A stretch of DNA of 64,000 nucleotides. Origin: Cyanobacteria bacterium P01_D01_bin.156 (GTDB taxonomy: Bacteria > Cyanobacteriota > Cyanobacteriia > Phormidesmidales > Phormidesmidaceae). The stretch lies in the NCBI GenBank assembly GCA_039024555.1, contig JBCCQQ010000008.1, positions 72,736 to 136,735 of the forward strand. Direction: 5' to 3'. Position numbers and translations under genes: made by a program. The notes under the pieces are model-generated. The model was not told the DNA's origin and made no database searches. It saw only the letters and a program-made list of their open reading frames with translations. Positions 8,902 to 20,041 of this stretch are shown piece by piece; position 1 is the first letter of the stretch; the number at the start of each line of letters is the position of its first letter.

Positions 8902-11900
8902 GTGCAACAAATTCTCCTGACTTAAAGAATCTCTCCCCTGAGCAGAAGCGAGAACTACTCGCTAAGCTGCTGAAAAAGAAGGCGGCGAAGCAGCCCCAGC
9001 GCACTGCTCAGAAATTCCCCCTATCCTTTGCTCAGCAGCGGCTATGGTTTATCGATCAGCTTCAGACAGGACAAGCGGTTTATACCATTCCAGCTGCCCT
9101 CAGGCTCCAGGGAAATCTAAATGTAGATATTCTCCAGCGCTGTCTTGATGAAATTGTGACTCGCCATGAAGTGCTGCGTACGCAGTTTGTGACAGAAGCG
9201 GGGGCACCATCCCAACAAGTTCAACCTCCAACAAATGTGAACTTACCTGTGATAGTCCTGGATGGAGCGAGCGACAATTTAGAACAACAGATTCGGCCAT
9301 ATCTTAAAGCTTTGGTAGAACTGCCCTTTGACCTGGCCACAGGGCAACTGCTGCGCTGCCAGCTCATACGCTTGAGTGCTACCGACCATGTATTGGCCCT
9401 AGGCGTTCACCATATTGTTGCTGATTACTGGTCACTACGGGTATTCATGAAGGAAATTGCCCTGCTGTACCAGGCATTCTCCCAAAATCAGCCGTCGCCG
9501 CTGCCTGCTCTGCCAATTCAGTATGCGGACTATGCCGTTTGGCAGCAACAAAATCAACAAACTAGCCAGTCCCAGCTTGACTACTGGCTAGAGAAACTGG
9601 CAAATCCACCATCCATACTACAGCTACCGACGGACCACCCTCGCCCGGCTGTGCAAACATTTCACGGAGCGCGACACAGTTTTGCTTTATCAAAGCCTCT
9701 TTCAGATCAGCTATCAGCCCTAGGGCAACAGCACCAAGCAACACTGTTTATAACGCTCCTAGCAGCCTTTAAGGTGCTGCTATATCGCTACTCTGGCCAA
9801 GGTGATATTTTGGTTGGGTCTACGGTTACAAACCGCGATCGCACCGAGCTACAAAATCTAATCGGACTATTCGTCAACAACTTAGTATTCCGTAGCCAGA
9901 TAGATGCTCAGCTCACGTTCAAACAGCTCTTAGACCAGGTAAAGAGAACTGCCCTAGATGCTTATGCTCACCAGGAGGTCAGCTTTGAGCAGGTGGTAGA
10001 TGCTCTACAAGTAGAGCGGCAGCTTAGCCGCAATGCGCTATTCCAGGTGATGTTTATTCTCCACAACACCCCCAAGGCATCGGTCTCTTTGCCAGAGCTA
10101 AACGTAAGCGCTCTGGAATTTACAAACAACGCCTCCCGGTTTGACCTAAGCTTGGACATTTACGAAACCGAGGCAAGATTGACCGGTGTATTTGAGTACA
10201 ACACCGATCTGTTTGACGCCGATACTATCACCCGGCTGGCCGTCCATTTTGAAACATTGCTAGAGGGGATTGTTGCTGCACCCAACACAACTGTTGGGCA
10301 TTTACCCCTGTTGCCACCATCGGAGCTAGAAACCCTGGCTAGTTGGAATCAGACAAAAATAGCTATTCCAGAGGTATGTGCCCACAAACTGGTTGAAGCG
10401 CAGGCGGCAAGAACACCGGACGCGTCTGCCCTTACCGTCGACAACAAATTGCCGGAGCGTATTGCATCCCAGTTTGTGGCCCCAGAGAAACTCTGGACCT
10501 ACCAGCAACTAAACCAGAGCGCCAACCGGGTAGCTCGTTTCCTTAAGACCCAGGGCGCAGTTCCTGGCAGCCGCATTGCCCTAGCTTTTAACCGCTCCGC
10601 TGAACTGGTAATTACCCTGCTGGCAGTTCTGAAGCTAGGGGGCACCTACATACCCCTCGATCCCACCCATCCCACCGAACGGCTGCGGCATATTCTCCAG
10701 GATGCACATGTGGCAATGGTGCTAACCGCAGATAAGGCTTTTGCTGAGGACAGCCTACCTTCAGAAACTAAGCTGTTGGATCTTAAACAACATACAGAAC
10801 TAATCGAACAGCAGTCTTTTGAGAATCTTGGCAACACTACCACAGCAGAAGATTTAGCCTACATCATCTACACCAGTGGCAGTACCGGCAAACCGAAAGG
10901 AGTGCCTATCCGTCACCGTAGCCTGGTCAACCTACTTAGCTCCATGGCTAAGTCCCCCGGCATCACCGCAGACGATGCCCTTTTAGCCGTGACCACCGTC
11001 GCCTTTGACATTGCCACTCTGGAGTTGTTACTACCCCTAACCGTAGGTGCCCGCTTGGCCATTGCCAGCCCCGATACCGTATGTGATGCAAGTCGGCTAA
11101 TGTCTCAAATTGCCAACGATGGAATCACCATTATGCAGACCACCCCAGCAACCTGGCGATTATTACTGGACTCTGGCTGGAAAGGAAAAGAAACTCTCAA
11201 AATTCTCTGCGGCGGCGAAGCCCTAGATCCTGGATTAGCTCAGCAGCTTCTCCCCTGCAGCAGTGAGTTATGGAATATGTACGGTCCCACTGAAACCACC
11301 ATCTGGTCAGGAGCCTTACACATTACTGAAGAAAAGCTTACAGGGCAAACTGTTCCCATCGGCGGAGCCATCGACAACACCCAGTTTTACATTCTCGATG
11401 CCCAGCATCAACCCGTTCCCATAGGCGTTTCCGGAGAGCTTTGCATCGGTGGCGCAGGATTAAGCCCTGGGTATTTAAATCGTGATGAACTAACGGCGGA
11501 AAAGTTTGTTCTTAATCACTTTTCAGGGGAGCAGGGGAGCAGGGAAGCAGAGGAGCGGAGGAATGACTTCCGACTTCCGACTTCCGACTTCCGACTTTAT
11601 AAAACCGGCGATCTCGCCCGCTACCGCCCCAACGGCACCCTCGAATACCTGGGCCGTCTGGATCACCAAATCAAGCTGCGAGGTTTCCGCATTGAGTTGG
11701 GAGATATTGAAACCGCTCTTACCCAGCATAAAGATATTGATCAGGCCTTCGTGGTTCTCTGGAAGAACTCGTCTGATGATCCTCAGCTAGTAGCCTACTG
11801 CAAGGTTTGGTCTACAGCCATTGCAAAAGACCCTCAGACCATCCGCCAGCATCTCAGTGAACAGCTACCGGCTTACATGATTCCTACCGCCTATGTGCTG

Positions 11901-14900
11901 TTAGAAGAGTTTCCCCTGACTCCCAATGGCAAGGTGGATCGCAAAGCACTGCCCGAGCCTATTATAGAGAGCGGTTCAGCGTCGGCTGTTCCGCTGAAAA
12001 CAGAAACAGAACAACAGCTTGCGGCCATTTGGTCAGAGGTACTGAACCAGAATGCAATCAGCGCCAGCGACAACTTTTTTGAGCTGGGTGGGCATTCCTT
12101 GCTGGCGGCACGGGTAATGGCTAGACTACAGCCTATTTTTGGTGTTACCGTTCCCCTCAGGGCATTATTTGAGTCGTCTTGTCTGTCGGCCCTGGCCAAG
12201 GTGATAGACCAAGAACTAGGGCAACAGAATTTTGTGCCGGTACAGCCCATTGCTCGAACACAGCCACTACCGCTGTCCTATGCGCAGCAGCGGCAATGGG
12301 TACTAGCTCAGCTAGAGCCGGACAGTGCTTTCTACAATATTCCGGCTGCAGTTCGCTTAGAGGGAGATTTCTCCCTAGAAATATTCAAAGAAAGTTTGGA
12401 GATACTTTGCGATCACCATGAAAGCCTACGCACTGGTTTCAAATCGGTAAATGGCGCAGCAGAACTATTTATCCTGCCCCAGGTTAAACCCGTAGTTACC
12501 TACAGAGAACTTCAAGGCGCTACAAAAGAGACTATTACAAACTATCTTGAAACAGAAATTCAAAAAGCCTTTGACCTAGAAGCTGCACCACTGATGCGGG
12601 TACAGGTGCTCAGAACCGATATCCACACTCATGTGGTGTCTCTGGTGCTGCATCATATTATTGCCGACGCTTGGTCAGTGGGGCTGCTGATCAAGGAACT
12701 AGTGGCCGTTTATGATCAGCTTCAGAAAAAGCAGCCGGTAGCATTAGCACCACTGAGCATTCAGTACGTTGACTACGCCACCTGGCAACAGAATCTAGAT
12801 ACGAAGCAACAGCTAAACTACTGGCAACAACAGCTAGCGGATAGCCTGCCGTTACTGCCCCTACCAACAGACTACCCCCGTCCAGCAACACAACAGTTTT
12901 CTGGAAGCAGCCATCAGTTTACCTTCACCGAAGCTCAAACCACTGCCCTTAAAAATCTCAGCCAGCAACACAGCGCCACCCTATTTATGACACTGCTGGC
13001 AGCATTTAAGGTGCTGCTTCATCGCTACAGCGGTGCTAATGATGTGCTGGTGGGCACCCCCATTGCCCATCGTCCCCAGGCCGAGTTAGAAAACATTCTG
13101 GGTATGTTTGTAAACACCCTGGTGTTGCGCAGCGATTTCTCTGAAGAAATCTCCTTCAACCAGCTATTAGACCAAGTAAAGGAAACGTCACTGGCCGCTT
13201 ATGCCAACCAGGATGTGCCATTTGAGCAGGTGATCGATGTCCTGAATATTCCGCGCAACTGGAGTCATTCACCCCTGTTCCAGGTGATGTTTGTGTGGCA
13301 AGCAGCCACGCCAGACAGCCTGGAGATGCAGGGTGCAGATTTAATCTGGTCTCCCATATCCCTGGAGAGCAATACCACCAAGGTGGATCTGACGCTGATG
13401 ATGGCAGAGAAAGACGGTTACCTCAGCGGCAGATTTGAGTATCGCCAGGACTTGTTTAAATCTGGCACTATCGAGGCAATGGCGGAAGCATTCTGTACGT
13501 TACTGGATGCCGTTGTTGAATCTCCTACAGCAACTGTTTCAGGGCTGCCGCTATTGCATAAACATCAGCAGGAACAGCTAGTCCAGTGGAACCAAACTCA
13601 CCAAACCTATGGTTCAAATATTTGTCTACATCAGCTGTTTGAAAAACAGGTAAAGCATACCCCCGAGGCTACTGCATTAGTCGCTGCTGATAAGCGTCTC
13701 AGCTATCAGGAGTTAAATGCTCGCTCGAATAAATTAGCAGCCTACTTGATATCCATAGGCATTGGCCCTGAAGCTCGTGTTGGTGTCTGCCTGGATCGTT
13801 CGGAACATCTGATCGTCGCTTTGTTGGGGATTCTCAAAGCGGGAGGAGCCTATGTACCGCTGGACCCTGCATACCCCCCAAGTCGTCTGAACTATATTCT
13901 TGAAGACGCAGACGTTTCGGTGGTTGTCACTGAGCAACAGTATCACGAGCTTACGGAGAAAGGCTCGTTTAAGGTTGTCCTAACAAGTTCAGAGGAAATC
14001 TCTTATCAGAATACGGATACAATTGTTACTAACGTTCAGCCACACAACCTGGCCTATATTATTTACACCAGCGGCAGCACAGGACAGCCTAAGGGTGTGG
14101 CCATCGAACATCACAGCCCGGTCGCTTTAGTAAACTGGGCGAAAGAAGTCTTTTCTCCTGACCAGCTATCCGGCGTATTGGCCGCCACATCTATCTGTTT
14201 TGACCTGTCGGTATTTGAGATTTTTGTCACCCTCAGCAGCGGTGGCACCATTATCTTGGCCGACAATGTTCTGCAGGTAACTGATATACCCGCTGCCAAT
14301 GAGATTACCTTAATCAATACGGTGCCCACCGCTATTGCTGAGCTGTTAAGAATCGAAGGTATTCCTAAGAGTGTCTCGACTATTAATCTTGCTGGAGAAC
14401 CGATTCCTCCTGTCCTGGTGCAACAGCTGTACGCCGTAGATTCTGTGCAGCAGGTATTTAATCTATACGGACCTTCGGAAGACACCACCTATTCCACCTA
14501 TACGCTGCTGTCCCCCGATGACGCAGTTGTTCCCATCGGTTATCCCATCGCCAATACCCAGACACATGTGTTGGATAAGCATTACAATCCTGTTCCCATC
14601 GGCATGACTGGGGAGCTATATCTCGCAGGAGATGGCGTTGCACGGGGGTATTGGAATCGGCCTGAATTAACCCAGGATAAATTTGTTACTTCTGACCGGC
14701 TCACGGTGGGCAGTACCTACCCTACAGCATACAAAACTGGAGATCTTGTCCGTCATCGGCCCGATGGCCAATTGGAATTTCTAGGACGAATCGATTCTCA
14801 AGTGAAGCTGCGGGGGTTCCGGATCGAGCTGGGAGAAATTGAGGCAGTGCTATTGCAGCACCCTGATGTGGTTCAGGTAGCGGCCCGTGTGTGGACCGAT

Positions 14901-16796
14901 GAACAGGATAATCGGCGGCTGGTAGCCTATGTAGTGCTATCAGATTTATCGAATAGTGAGGAGTGGGGAATAGCTATTAAGGGGAGTGAGGGATTGCGAT
15001 CGCACCTTCAAGCCACCCTCCCCGACTATATGGTGCCAGCTTTCTTTATCCCCTTAGAGAGCCTGCCCCTGTTACCTAATGGCAAGCTAAATCGCAAGGC
15101 TTTACCAACGCCCGTTCTTCCCAAACAGGTCTCAACTGAGACCGTTACCCAAACCGAAACAGAGCAAAAGCTAGTCTCTATATGGCAAGGGCTACTGCAA
15201 CAATCTGTCGGTTTACACGACAACTTCTTTGAATTGGGCGGAGACTCTATCCTGGCAATTCAGGCCATTGCCCGTGCACAGCAAATGGATCTGCACTTTT
15301 CTCCTAGAGATTTGTTCCAGTATTCCACTGTTGCTCAGCTAGCAACTATTGCCCAAAAGCATCCCCAGAGACTGGTATCACAAAAGCCGATTGTAGGGAC
15401 TATCCCCCTTACCCCTATTCAGCACTGGTTCTTTGAGCAACAGCTAAATCATCCTCACCACTGGAACCAGTCGGTGCTACTCAAGGTGCAGCAGCCCCTG
15501 GAAACAGAGATTCTTTCCAAGGCACTGGGTCAGCTAATGACTCACCACGATAGTCTCAGAGCTACCTTCTACCTAACAGAAACCGGTTGGCAACAGCGCT
15601 ATGGTGAACCGTCAACAGCCGTTCCAATCGCCATCATTCGCAAACCGGTAGGCGATTCAACCGTAGAAAAAGAGATTATCAATACGGCCAACGCTGCCCA
15701 GGCCAGCTTTAATCTTGCTAAGGGGCCGCTATGGCGAGTGGTTTATTTTGAGCTAGAAACATCGACAGAAATAGAACGACGGCTGCTAATTATCTGTCAT
15801 CATCTCCTGGTGGATGGTATCTCCTGGCGCATTTTGTTAGAAGACTTACAGCGGCTCTACACCCAGCTAAACCAGACTGGTATGGCTCAACTGCCCTTAA
15901 AAACTCTCCCCAATCAGGACTGGGTAAGCCAGCTAGAGAGTAATGATAAATCATCAGAACTTACCTACTGGAAAACTGTTACTCAATTATCAATACCGCC
16001 GCTGCCCCGAGACTTTACCGATGGAACCAATATAATGGCCCTGGCAGATACCGTATCCGTTAACCTATCAGAAACAGATACCCAGCGATTGCTACAGCAG
16101 GTACCTGCTGCATATAACGTCCATATTAATGATTTACTACTAACGGCTTTAGGGCTGGCCCTCGAACCTTGGGCTGGCAATCAACTACGCCTTGCCATGG
16201 AAGGTCACGGACGCCCTGCTGATGTGGATCTTACCCGCACCGTAGGCTGGTTCACCACGCTGTATCCGGTACTTTTGGAAATACCCGAAGGTGATCTCAG
16301 TACTACTATTAAGGTTGTCAAAGAGACATTACGAGCAGTACCTGACCAGGGACTGGGCTACGGCATTTTACGCTATCTCCAAGCTAACGATAACAATCTT
16401 GAAACAGATATTCCCATTCGCTTTAACTACCTGGGGCAAACCGATCAGCTATTCTCAGGTAGCAATTTATTTGTTCCTGCCACTGAACCAACTGGAGCAT
16501 CCCGCAGCCCCCACGACGACCGTGACATGCTAATCGAAATTAACGCCGTTGTTAGCCAAGGGATATTAAAGCTGAACTGGACCTATGGCCAAGAAATTCA
16601 TCATCGGGAGACTATCGAAAATTTAGCCCATAGCTATTTACACCAGCTTAAAGAATTGATTAATCACTGCTTGTCTTCCGAAACCGACCAGGGCTATAGC
16701 CCAGCAGATTTCCCACAGATGGACTTTGCCCAGGGTGAGCTGGATGATTTATTAAGCAGCCTGGATCTAGACGATGGGGGAGGTGTAATGTCATGA
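8898..16796 (+). CDS. NRPS: C-A(Gly)-T-C-A(Ala)-T-E
   Basis: A codes read as DILQLGMIWK (Gly) and DLFNNALTYK (Ala); GGDSI carrier motif typical before an E domain; E motifs HHLLVDGISW, EGHGR, RTVGWFT; C-terminal COM-like YSPADFP. Confidence 0.93.
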   Translation: MSATNSPDLKNLSPEQKRELLAKLLKKKAAKQPQRTAQKFPLSFAQQRLWFIDQLQTGQAVYTIPAALRLQGNLNVDILQRCLDEIVTRHEVLRTQFVTEAGAPSQQVQPPTNVNLPVIVLDGASDNLEQQIRPYLKALVELPFDLATGQLLRCQLIRLSATDHVLALGVHHIVADYWSLRVFMKEIALLYQAFSQNQPSPLPALPIQYADYAVWQQQNQQTSQSQLDYWLEKLANPPSILQLPTDHPRPAVQTFHGARHSFALSKPLSDQLSALGQQHQATLFITLLAAFKVLLYRYSGQGDILVGSTVTNRDRTELQNLIGLFVNNLVFRSQIDAQLTFKQLLDQVKRTALDAYAHQEVSFEQVVDALQVERQLSRNALFQVMFILHNTPKASVSLPELNVSALEFTNNASRFDLSLDIYETEARLTGVFEYNTDLFDADTITRLAVHFETLLEGIVAAPNTTVGHLPLLPPSELETLASWNQTKIAIPEVCAHKLVEAQAARTPDASALTVDNKLPERIASQFVAPEKLWTYQQLNQSANRVARFLKTQGAVPGSRIALAFNRSAELVITLLAVLKLGGTYIPLDPTHPTERLRHILQDAHVAMVLTADKAFAEDSLPSETKLLDLKQHTELIEQQSFENLGNTTTAEDLAYIIYTSGSTGKPKGVPIRHRSLVNLLSSMAKSPGITADDALLAVTTVAFDIATLELLLPLTVGARLAIASPDTVCDASRLMSQIANDGITIMQTTPATWRLLLDSGWKGKETLKILCGGEALDPGLAQQLLPCSSELWNMYGPTETTIWSGALHITEEKLTGQTVPIGGAIDNTQFYILDAQHQPVPIGVSGELCIGGAGLSPGYLNRDELTAEKFVLNHFSGEQGSREAEERRNDFRLPTSDFRLYKTGDLARYRPNGTLEYLGRLDHQIKLRGFRIELGDIETALTQHKDIDQAFVVLWKNSSDDPQLVAYCKVWSTAIAKDPQTIRQHLSEQLPAYMIPTAYVLLEEFPLTPNGKVDRKALPEPIIESGSASAVPLKTETEQQLAAIWSEVLNQNAISASDNFFELGGHSLLAARVMARLQPIFGVTVPLRALFESSCLSALAKVIDQELGQQNFVPVQPIARTQPLPLSYAQQRQWVLAQLEPDSAFYNIPAAVRLEGDFSLEIFKESLEILCDHHESLRTGFKSVNGAAELFILPQVKPVVTYRELQGATKETITNYLETEIQKAFDLEAAPLMRVQVLRTDIHTHVVSLVLHHIIADAWSVGLLIKELVAVYDQLQKKQPVALAPLSIQYVDYATWQQNLDTKQQLNYWQQQLADSLPLLPLPTDYPRPATQQFSGSSHQFTFTEAQTTALKNLSQQHSATLFMTLLAAFKVLLHRYSGANDVLVGTPIAHRPQAELENILGMFVNTLVLRSDFSEEISFNQLLDQVKETSLAAYANQDVPFEQVIDVLNIPRNWSHSPLFQVMFVWQAATPDSLEMQGADLIWSPISLESNTTKVDLTLMMAEKDGYLSGRFEYRQDLFKSGTIEAMAEAFCTLLDAVVESPTATVSGLPLLHKHQQEQLVQWNQTHQTYGSNICLHQLFEKQVKHTPEATALVAADKRLSYQELNARSNKLAAYLISIGIGPEARVGVCLDRSEHLIVALLGILKAGGAYVPLDPAYPPSRLNYILEDADVSVVVTEQQYHELTEKGSFKVVLTSSEEISYQNTDTIVTNVQPHNLAYIIYTSGSTGQPKGVAIEHHSPVALVNWAKEVFSPDQLSGVLAATSICFDLSVFEIFVTLSSGGTIILADNVLQVTDIPAANEITLINTVPTAIAELLRIEGIPKSVSTINLAGEPIPPVLVQQLYAVDSVQQVFNLYGPSEDTTYSTYTLLSPDDAVVPIGYPIANTQTHVLDKHYNPVPIGMTGELYLAGDGVARGYWNRPELTQDKFVTSDRLTVGSTYPTAYKTGDLVRHRPDGQLEFLGRIDSQVKLRGFRIELGEIEAVLLQHPDVVQVAARVWTDEQDNRRLVAYVVLSDLSNSEEWGIAIKGSEGLRSHLQATLPDYMVPAFFIPLESLPLLPNGKLNRKALPTPVLPKQVSTETVTQTETEQKLVSIWQGLLQQSVGLHDNFFELGGDSILAIQAIARAQQMDLHFSPRDLFQYSTVAQLATIAQKHPQRLVSQKPIVGTIPLTPIQHWFFEQQLNHPHHWNQSVLLKVQQPLETEILSKALGQLMTHHDSLRATFYLTETGWQQRYGEPSTAVPIAIIRKPVGDSTVEKEIINTANAAQASFNLAKGPLWRVVYFELETSTEIERRLLIICHHLLVDGISWRILLEDLQRLYTQLNQTGMAQLPLKTLPNQDWVSQLESNDKSSELTYWKTVTQLSIPPLPRDFTDGTNIMALADTVSVNLSETDTQRLLQQVPAAYNVHINDLLLTALGLALEPWAGNQLRLAMEGHGRPADVDLTRTVGWFTTLYPVLLEIPEGDLSTTIKVVKETLRAVPDQGLGYGILRYLQANDNNLETDIPIRFNYLGQTDQLFSGSNLFVPATEPTGASRSPHDDRDMLIEINAVVSQGILKLNWTYGQEIHHRETIENLAHSYLHQLKELINHCLSSETDQGYSPADFPQMDFAQGELDDLLSSLDLDDGGGVMS
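11524..11597 (+). repeat. Intragenic octamer (CAGGGGAG-like)x5 followed by heptamer (CTTCCGA)x4
   Basis: Seen directly before YKTGD of the Gly A domain. Confidence 0.92.
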
Positions 16797-19700
16797 ATGC
16801 CGTAGCCGCAAAACGCAATTCTATTGAGGATATTTATCCCCTGTCTCCCATGCAGCAAGGGTTGTTATTTCACACCCTGCTGTCACCTGCAGCTGGGGCC
16901 TACGTCCCCCAGGTGGTTGTGTCCTTTTCAGGCAGTCTAGATAGCCAACTGCTGCAACAGGCTTGGCAAACAATTCTCGAACGCCACAGTATTCTCCGCA
17001 CTGGCTTCTACTGGGAACAGAGGGACCAACCATTCCAGGTGGTACAGCGTTCTGTAGCGTTACCTTGGGTAGAGCAGGACTGGTCGAGTTTGTCAGCCAC
17101 CGAGCAGGCATCCAAGTTGACGGTATTGTTAGAATGCAACCGCAACGAGTCGTTTAATCTCAGTAAACCACCGTTGATGCGTTTGACTTGGGTGTCCTTG
17201 GGTAAAGGAGATTTGGGTGAAGAACGCTATCACCTGATTTGGTGCTATCACCACTTAATTCTAGATGGATGGTCTAGCAGTCAATTACTAAAGGAAGTAT
17301 TCCAGCAGTATTTTATTCTGACGGGTACTCTGCCCTCCTTAACAGCTACACCGGCTAAACCCTATGGAGAGTATATCGCCTGGTTAAATCAGCAGGATAA
17401 AACCGCTGCCCAAAACTTTTGGGAAACCTATCTCAGCAATTGGCAGGGACCGACAGCATTACCAATCCTTCAGACTGAGCGTCCTCAAACAGGATCTCTC
17501 GAACAACAGCAGTATGTAATCTCCGCAGAGGCGACCCAAGTGCTGCGAGACTTTATTCAGCGCTACAAAATCACATTAAATACCCTAATACAGGGAGCAT
17601 TGGGTCTACTGCTCAGTCGCTACACCAATAGCCATGATGTTGTTTTTGGAGCTACCTGTGCCGGACGTCCGACAGAACTAGCCGGATCGCTATCCATGGT
17701 GGGGCTATTTATCAACACGCTGCCTGTGCGAGTTCAAGTTAAGCCTCAAGCAACTGCTGCTAGCTGGCTACAAGATTTAGTTGCACAGCAAACAGAGACC
17801 ATTACCTATGAGTATGTCTCCCTGAGAGAACTGCAAGCCTGGAGCAACGATGGCCGTTCTCTATTTGACTGTTTGTTGGTGTTTGAGAGCTACCCAGTGG
17901 CAACAGACATGTTCCAGGGGCAAACGGCCTTTAAGCTGGACGATATTCAGTTTAATGAATGGACCCATTTTCCCCTAACGTTGCTGGTATCCGAAGGAAA
18001 AGAACTGGCGATTACGGCAAAATATCGTTCTGAACAAATCTCACCGGAAGCCATCACCCGACTGCTAGGACATTTGAATAATGTTCTACTGGGACTGGCT
18101 CAACATCCGAAAGGAAATCTACAAGATATCGACCTACTATCGGCGACAGAGAAACAACAGCTAACCGAGTGGAATCTTACCCAAGCCAACTACCCGCTAG
18201 GGCAGGTACTGCCAAATTTGTTAGCACTGCAGGCAAAGAAATCACCCAGTACTACGGCAGTTATTTTTGAGGATCAGGCCCTTACTTATCAAGAACTGCA
18301 TCAAAAAGCCAACCAGTTAGCCCATCACCTCCAAAGCCAAGGCATTGCCTCTGAGCATCGCGTTGGCATTTATTTCCAGCGTGCTCTAGGTATGACGGTG
18401 GCAATTTTGGCGGTAATCAAAGCAGGTGCTGCCTACGTGCCTCTTGACCCAGAATATCCTGCCGCGCGTCTGCATTGGATGCTAGAGGATGCCGATATAA
18501 CAGCAGTGATTATAGACAAGCTCCTGAATTTACCACCGTTACCAGACACTGTTGTCACCATTGATGTCACAGATGGTTCGCAACAACCTTCTACAGAACC
18601 AAAGCATGGGCTAACGCATGAGAACAGCGCCTATAACATTTATACCTCTGGGTCTACAGGCAAGCCTAAGGGCGTGATTAACACTCATCGGGGATTGGTG
18701 AATCGACTGTGCTGGATGCAAGAAGCCTATGGCCTAACTGAGGAGGAACGTATTCTACAAAAAACCCCCCTAAGCTTTGATGTGTCGGTATGGGAACTAT
18801 TCTGGCCATTGCTGAATGGTGCCACTCTGGTTATCGCTAAGCCTGGAGGCCATAGGGACAGCACCTATCTTGCAAAAACAATCTGTCAGCAGCAGATTAC
18901 GACAGTCCACTTCGTCCCCAGCATGTTGGCCGCATTCCTAGAAGACCCGGATGTAAGCACCTGCACGTCTCTACGTCGGGTAATTTGCAGTGGTGAAGCC
19001 CTTTCGCCAGCGCTACAAAAACAGTTCTTTGAAAAGCTACCCAACACAGAACTGCATAATCTCTACGGTCCAACCGAGGCCGCCATTGACGTCACTGCCT
19101 GGCAATGCCAGCCCGGTGAGGCAACAGTGCCCATCGGTCGGCCCATTGCTAATACTCAAATTCATCTATTAGACCAGGACAACAATTCAGTCCCCATCGG
19201 TATTCCTGGAGAACTCCACATCGGCGGTGCAGGCGTAGCACGAGGATATTTGAACAGACCAGAATTGACAGCAGAGCGATTTATAACGAATCCATTTTTT
19301 GAAATTGGAAGTCGAAAGTTGGAAGTTGGAAGCAATACCTCGTCCTCCGCTCTTCGCTCTCCGTCCTCCGTCCTTTATAAGACCGGCGACCTCGCCCGCT
19401 ATCGTCCCGACGGTGCCATCGAATACCTAGGACGAAAAGATTTTCAGGTAAAGCTGCGAGGTATGCGGATCGAGCTAGGAGAAATTGAAGCGGCTCTAAA
19501 TGACTACCCTGGTGTGCAACAATCTGTTGTGCTGCTGCAGGACGATGTAGCAGGTGGACCAGCACTAGTTGCCTACCTGGTGGGTATCGCTGTTGGAGAT
19601 CTTAAACTAGCACTGACAGCTTTTCTAAAGCAGCGGCTTACTGAGGCCATGATACCCAAGGTATTCATCTCGATGGAGTCAATGCCCTTAACATCCAATG

Positions 19701-20041
19701 GCAAATTGGACCGACGAGCGTTACCTCAACCAGAGCAGATGGCCACGGTGGAGAAAGTTTTGCCTAGGAATAGGACAGAAACAGATATTGCTGCCATTTG
19801 GCAAGACATCTTACAAACTGATGCAATTGGTATCTACGAGAACTTTTTTGAACTGGGGGGCCATTCCCTAACTGCCACTCGTATGAATACGCGACTGCGA
19901 AAACAGTTTGAACTGAATTTGCCGCTCCATAGCGTGTTTGAATATCCCACCATTGAGGTCCTTGCAGTGCATATTGATGCCCTGCGCATTGCCGCTAAGC
20001 CCACCGAGTCACCCACTGGCCATAAGGAGATTGAGCTATGA
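16793..20041 (+). CDS. NRPS: C(DCL-type)-A(Ser)-T
   Basis: IEDIYPLSPMQQG start and HHLILDGWS (downstream of E); A code DVWHISLIDK (Ser); GGHSL; C-terminal acidic SLiM GHKEIEL. Confidence 0.92.
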   Translation: MNAVAAKRNSIEDIYPLSPMQQGLLFHTLLSPAAGAYVPQVVVSFSGSLDSQLLQQAWQTILERHSILRTGFYWEQRDQPFQVVQRSVALPWVEQDWSSLSATEQASKLTVLLECNRNESFNLSKPPLMRLTWVSLGKGDLGEERYHLIWCYHHLILDGWSSSQLLKEVFQQYFILTGTLPSLTATPAKPYGEYIAWLNQQDKTAAQNFWETYLSNWQGPTALPILQTERPQTGSLEQQQYVISAEATQVLRDFIQRYKITLNTLIQGALGLLLSRYTNSHDVVFGATCAGRPTELAGSLSMVGLFINTLPVRVQVKPQATAASWLQDLVAQQTETITYEYVSLRELQAWSNDGRSLFDCLLVFESYPVATDMFQGQTAFKLDDIQFNEWTHFPLTLLVSEGKELAITAKYRSEQISPEAITRLLGHLNNVLLGLAQHPKGNLQDIDLLSATEKQQLTEWNLTQANYPLGQVLPNLLALQAKKSPSTTAVIFEDQALTYQELHQKANQLAHHLQSQGIASEHRVGIYFQRALGMTVAILAVIKAGAAYVPLDPEYPAARLHWMLEDADITAVIIDKLLNLPPLPDTVVTIDVTDGSQQPSTEPKHGLTHENSAYNIYTSGSTGKPKGVINTHRGLVNRLCWMQEAYGLTEEERILQKTPLSFDVSVWELFWPLLNGATLVIAKPGGHRDSTYLAKTICQQQITTVHFVPSMLAAFLEDPDVSTCTSLRRVICSGEALSPALQKQFFEKLPNTELHNLYGPTEAAIDVTAWQCQPGEATVPIGRPIANTQIHLLDQDNNSVPIGIPGELHIGGAGVARGYLNRPELTAERFITNPFFEIGSRKLEVGSNTSSSALRSPSSVLYKTGDLARYRPDGAIEYLGRKDFQVKLRGMRIELGEIEAALNDYPGVQQSVVLLQDDVAGGPALVAYLVGIAVGDLKLALTAFLKQRLTEAMIPKVFISMESMPLTSNGKLDRRALPQPEQMATVEKVLPRNRTETDIAAIWQDILQTDAIGIYENFFELGGHSLTATRMNTRLRKQFELNLPLHSVFEYPTIEVLAVHIDALRIAAKPTESPTGHKEIEL
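19305..19375 (+). repeat. Intragenic degenerate heptamers (TTGGAAG-like)x4 and (CTCCGTC-like)x5
   Basis: Seen directly before YKTGD of the Ser A domain. Confidence 0.8.

Noticed and set aside
3500..14500. The two similar Ala A domains as a diversity-generating retroelement TR/VR pair
   Set aside because: Differences are ordinary paralog divergence, not adenine-specific, and there is no reverse transcriptase in the window.
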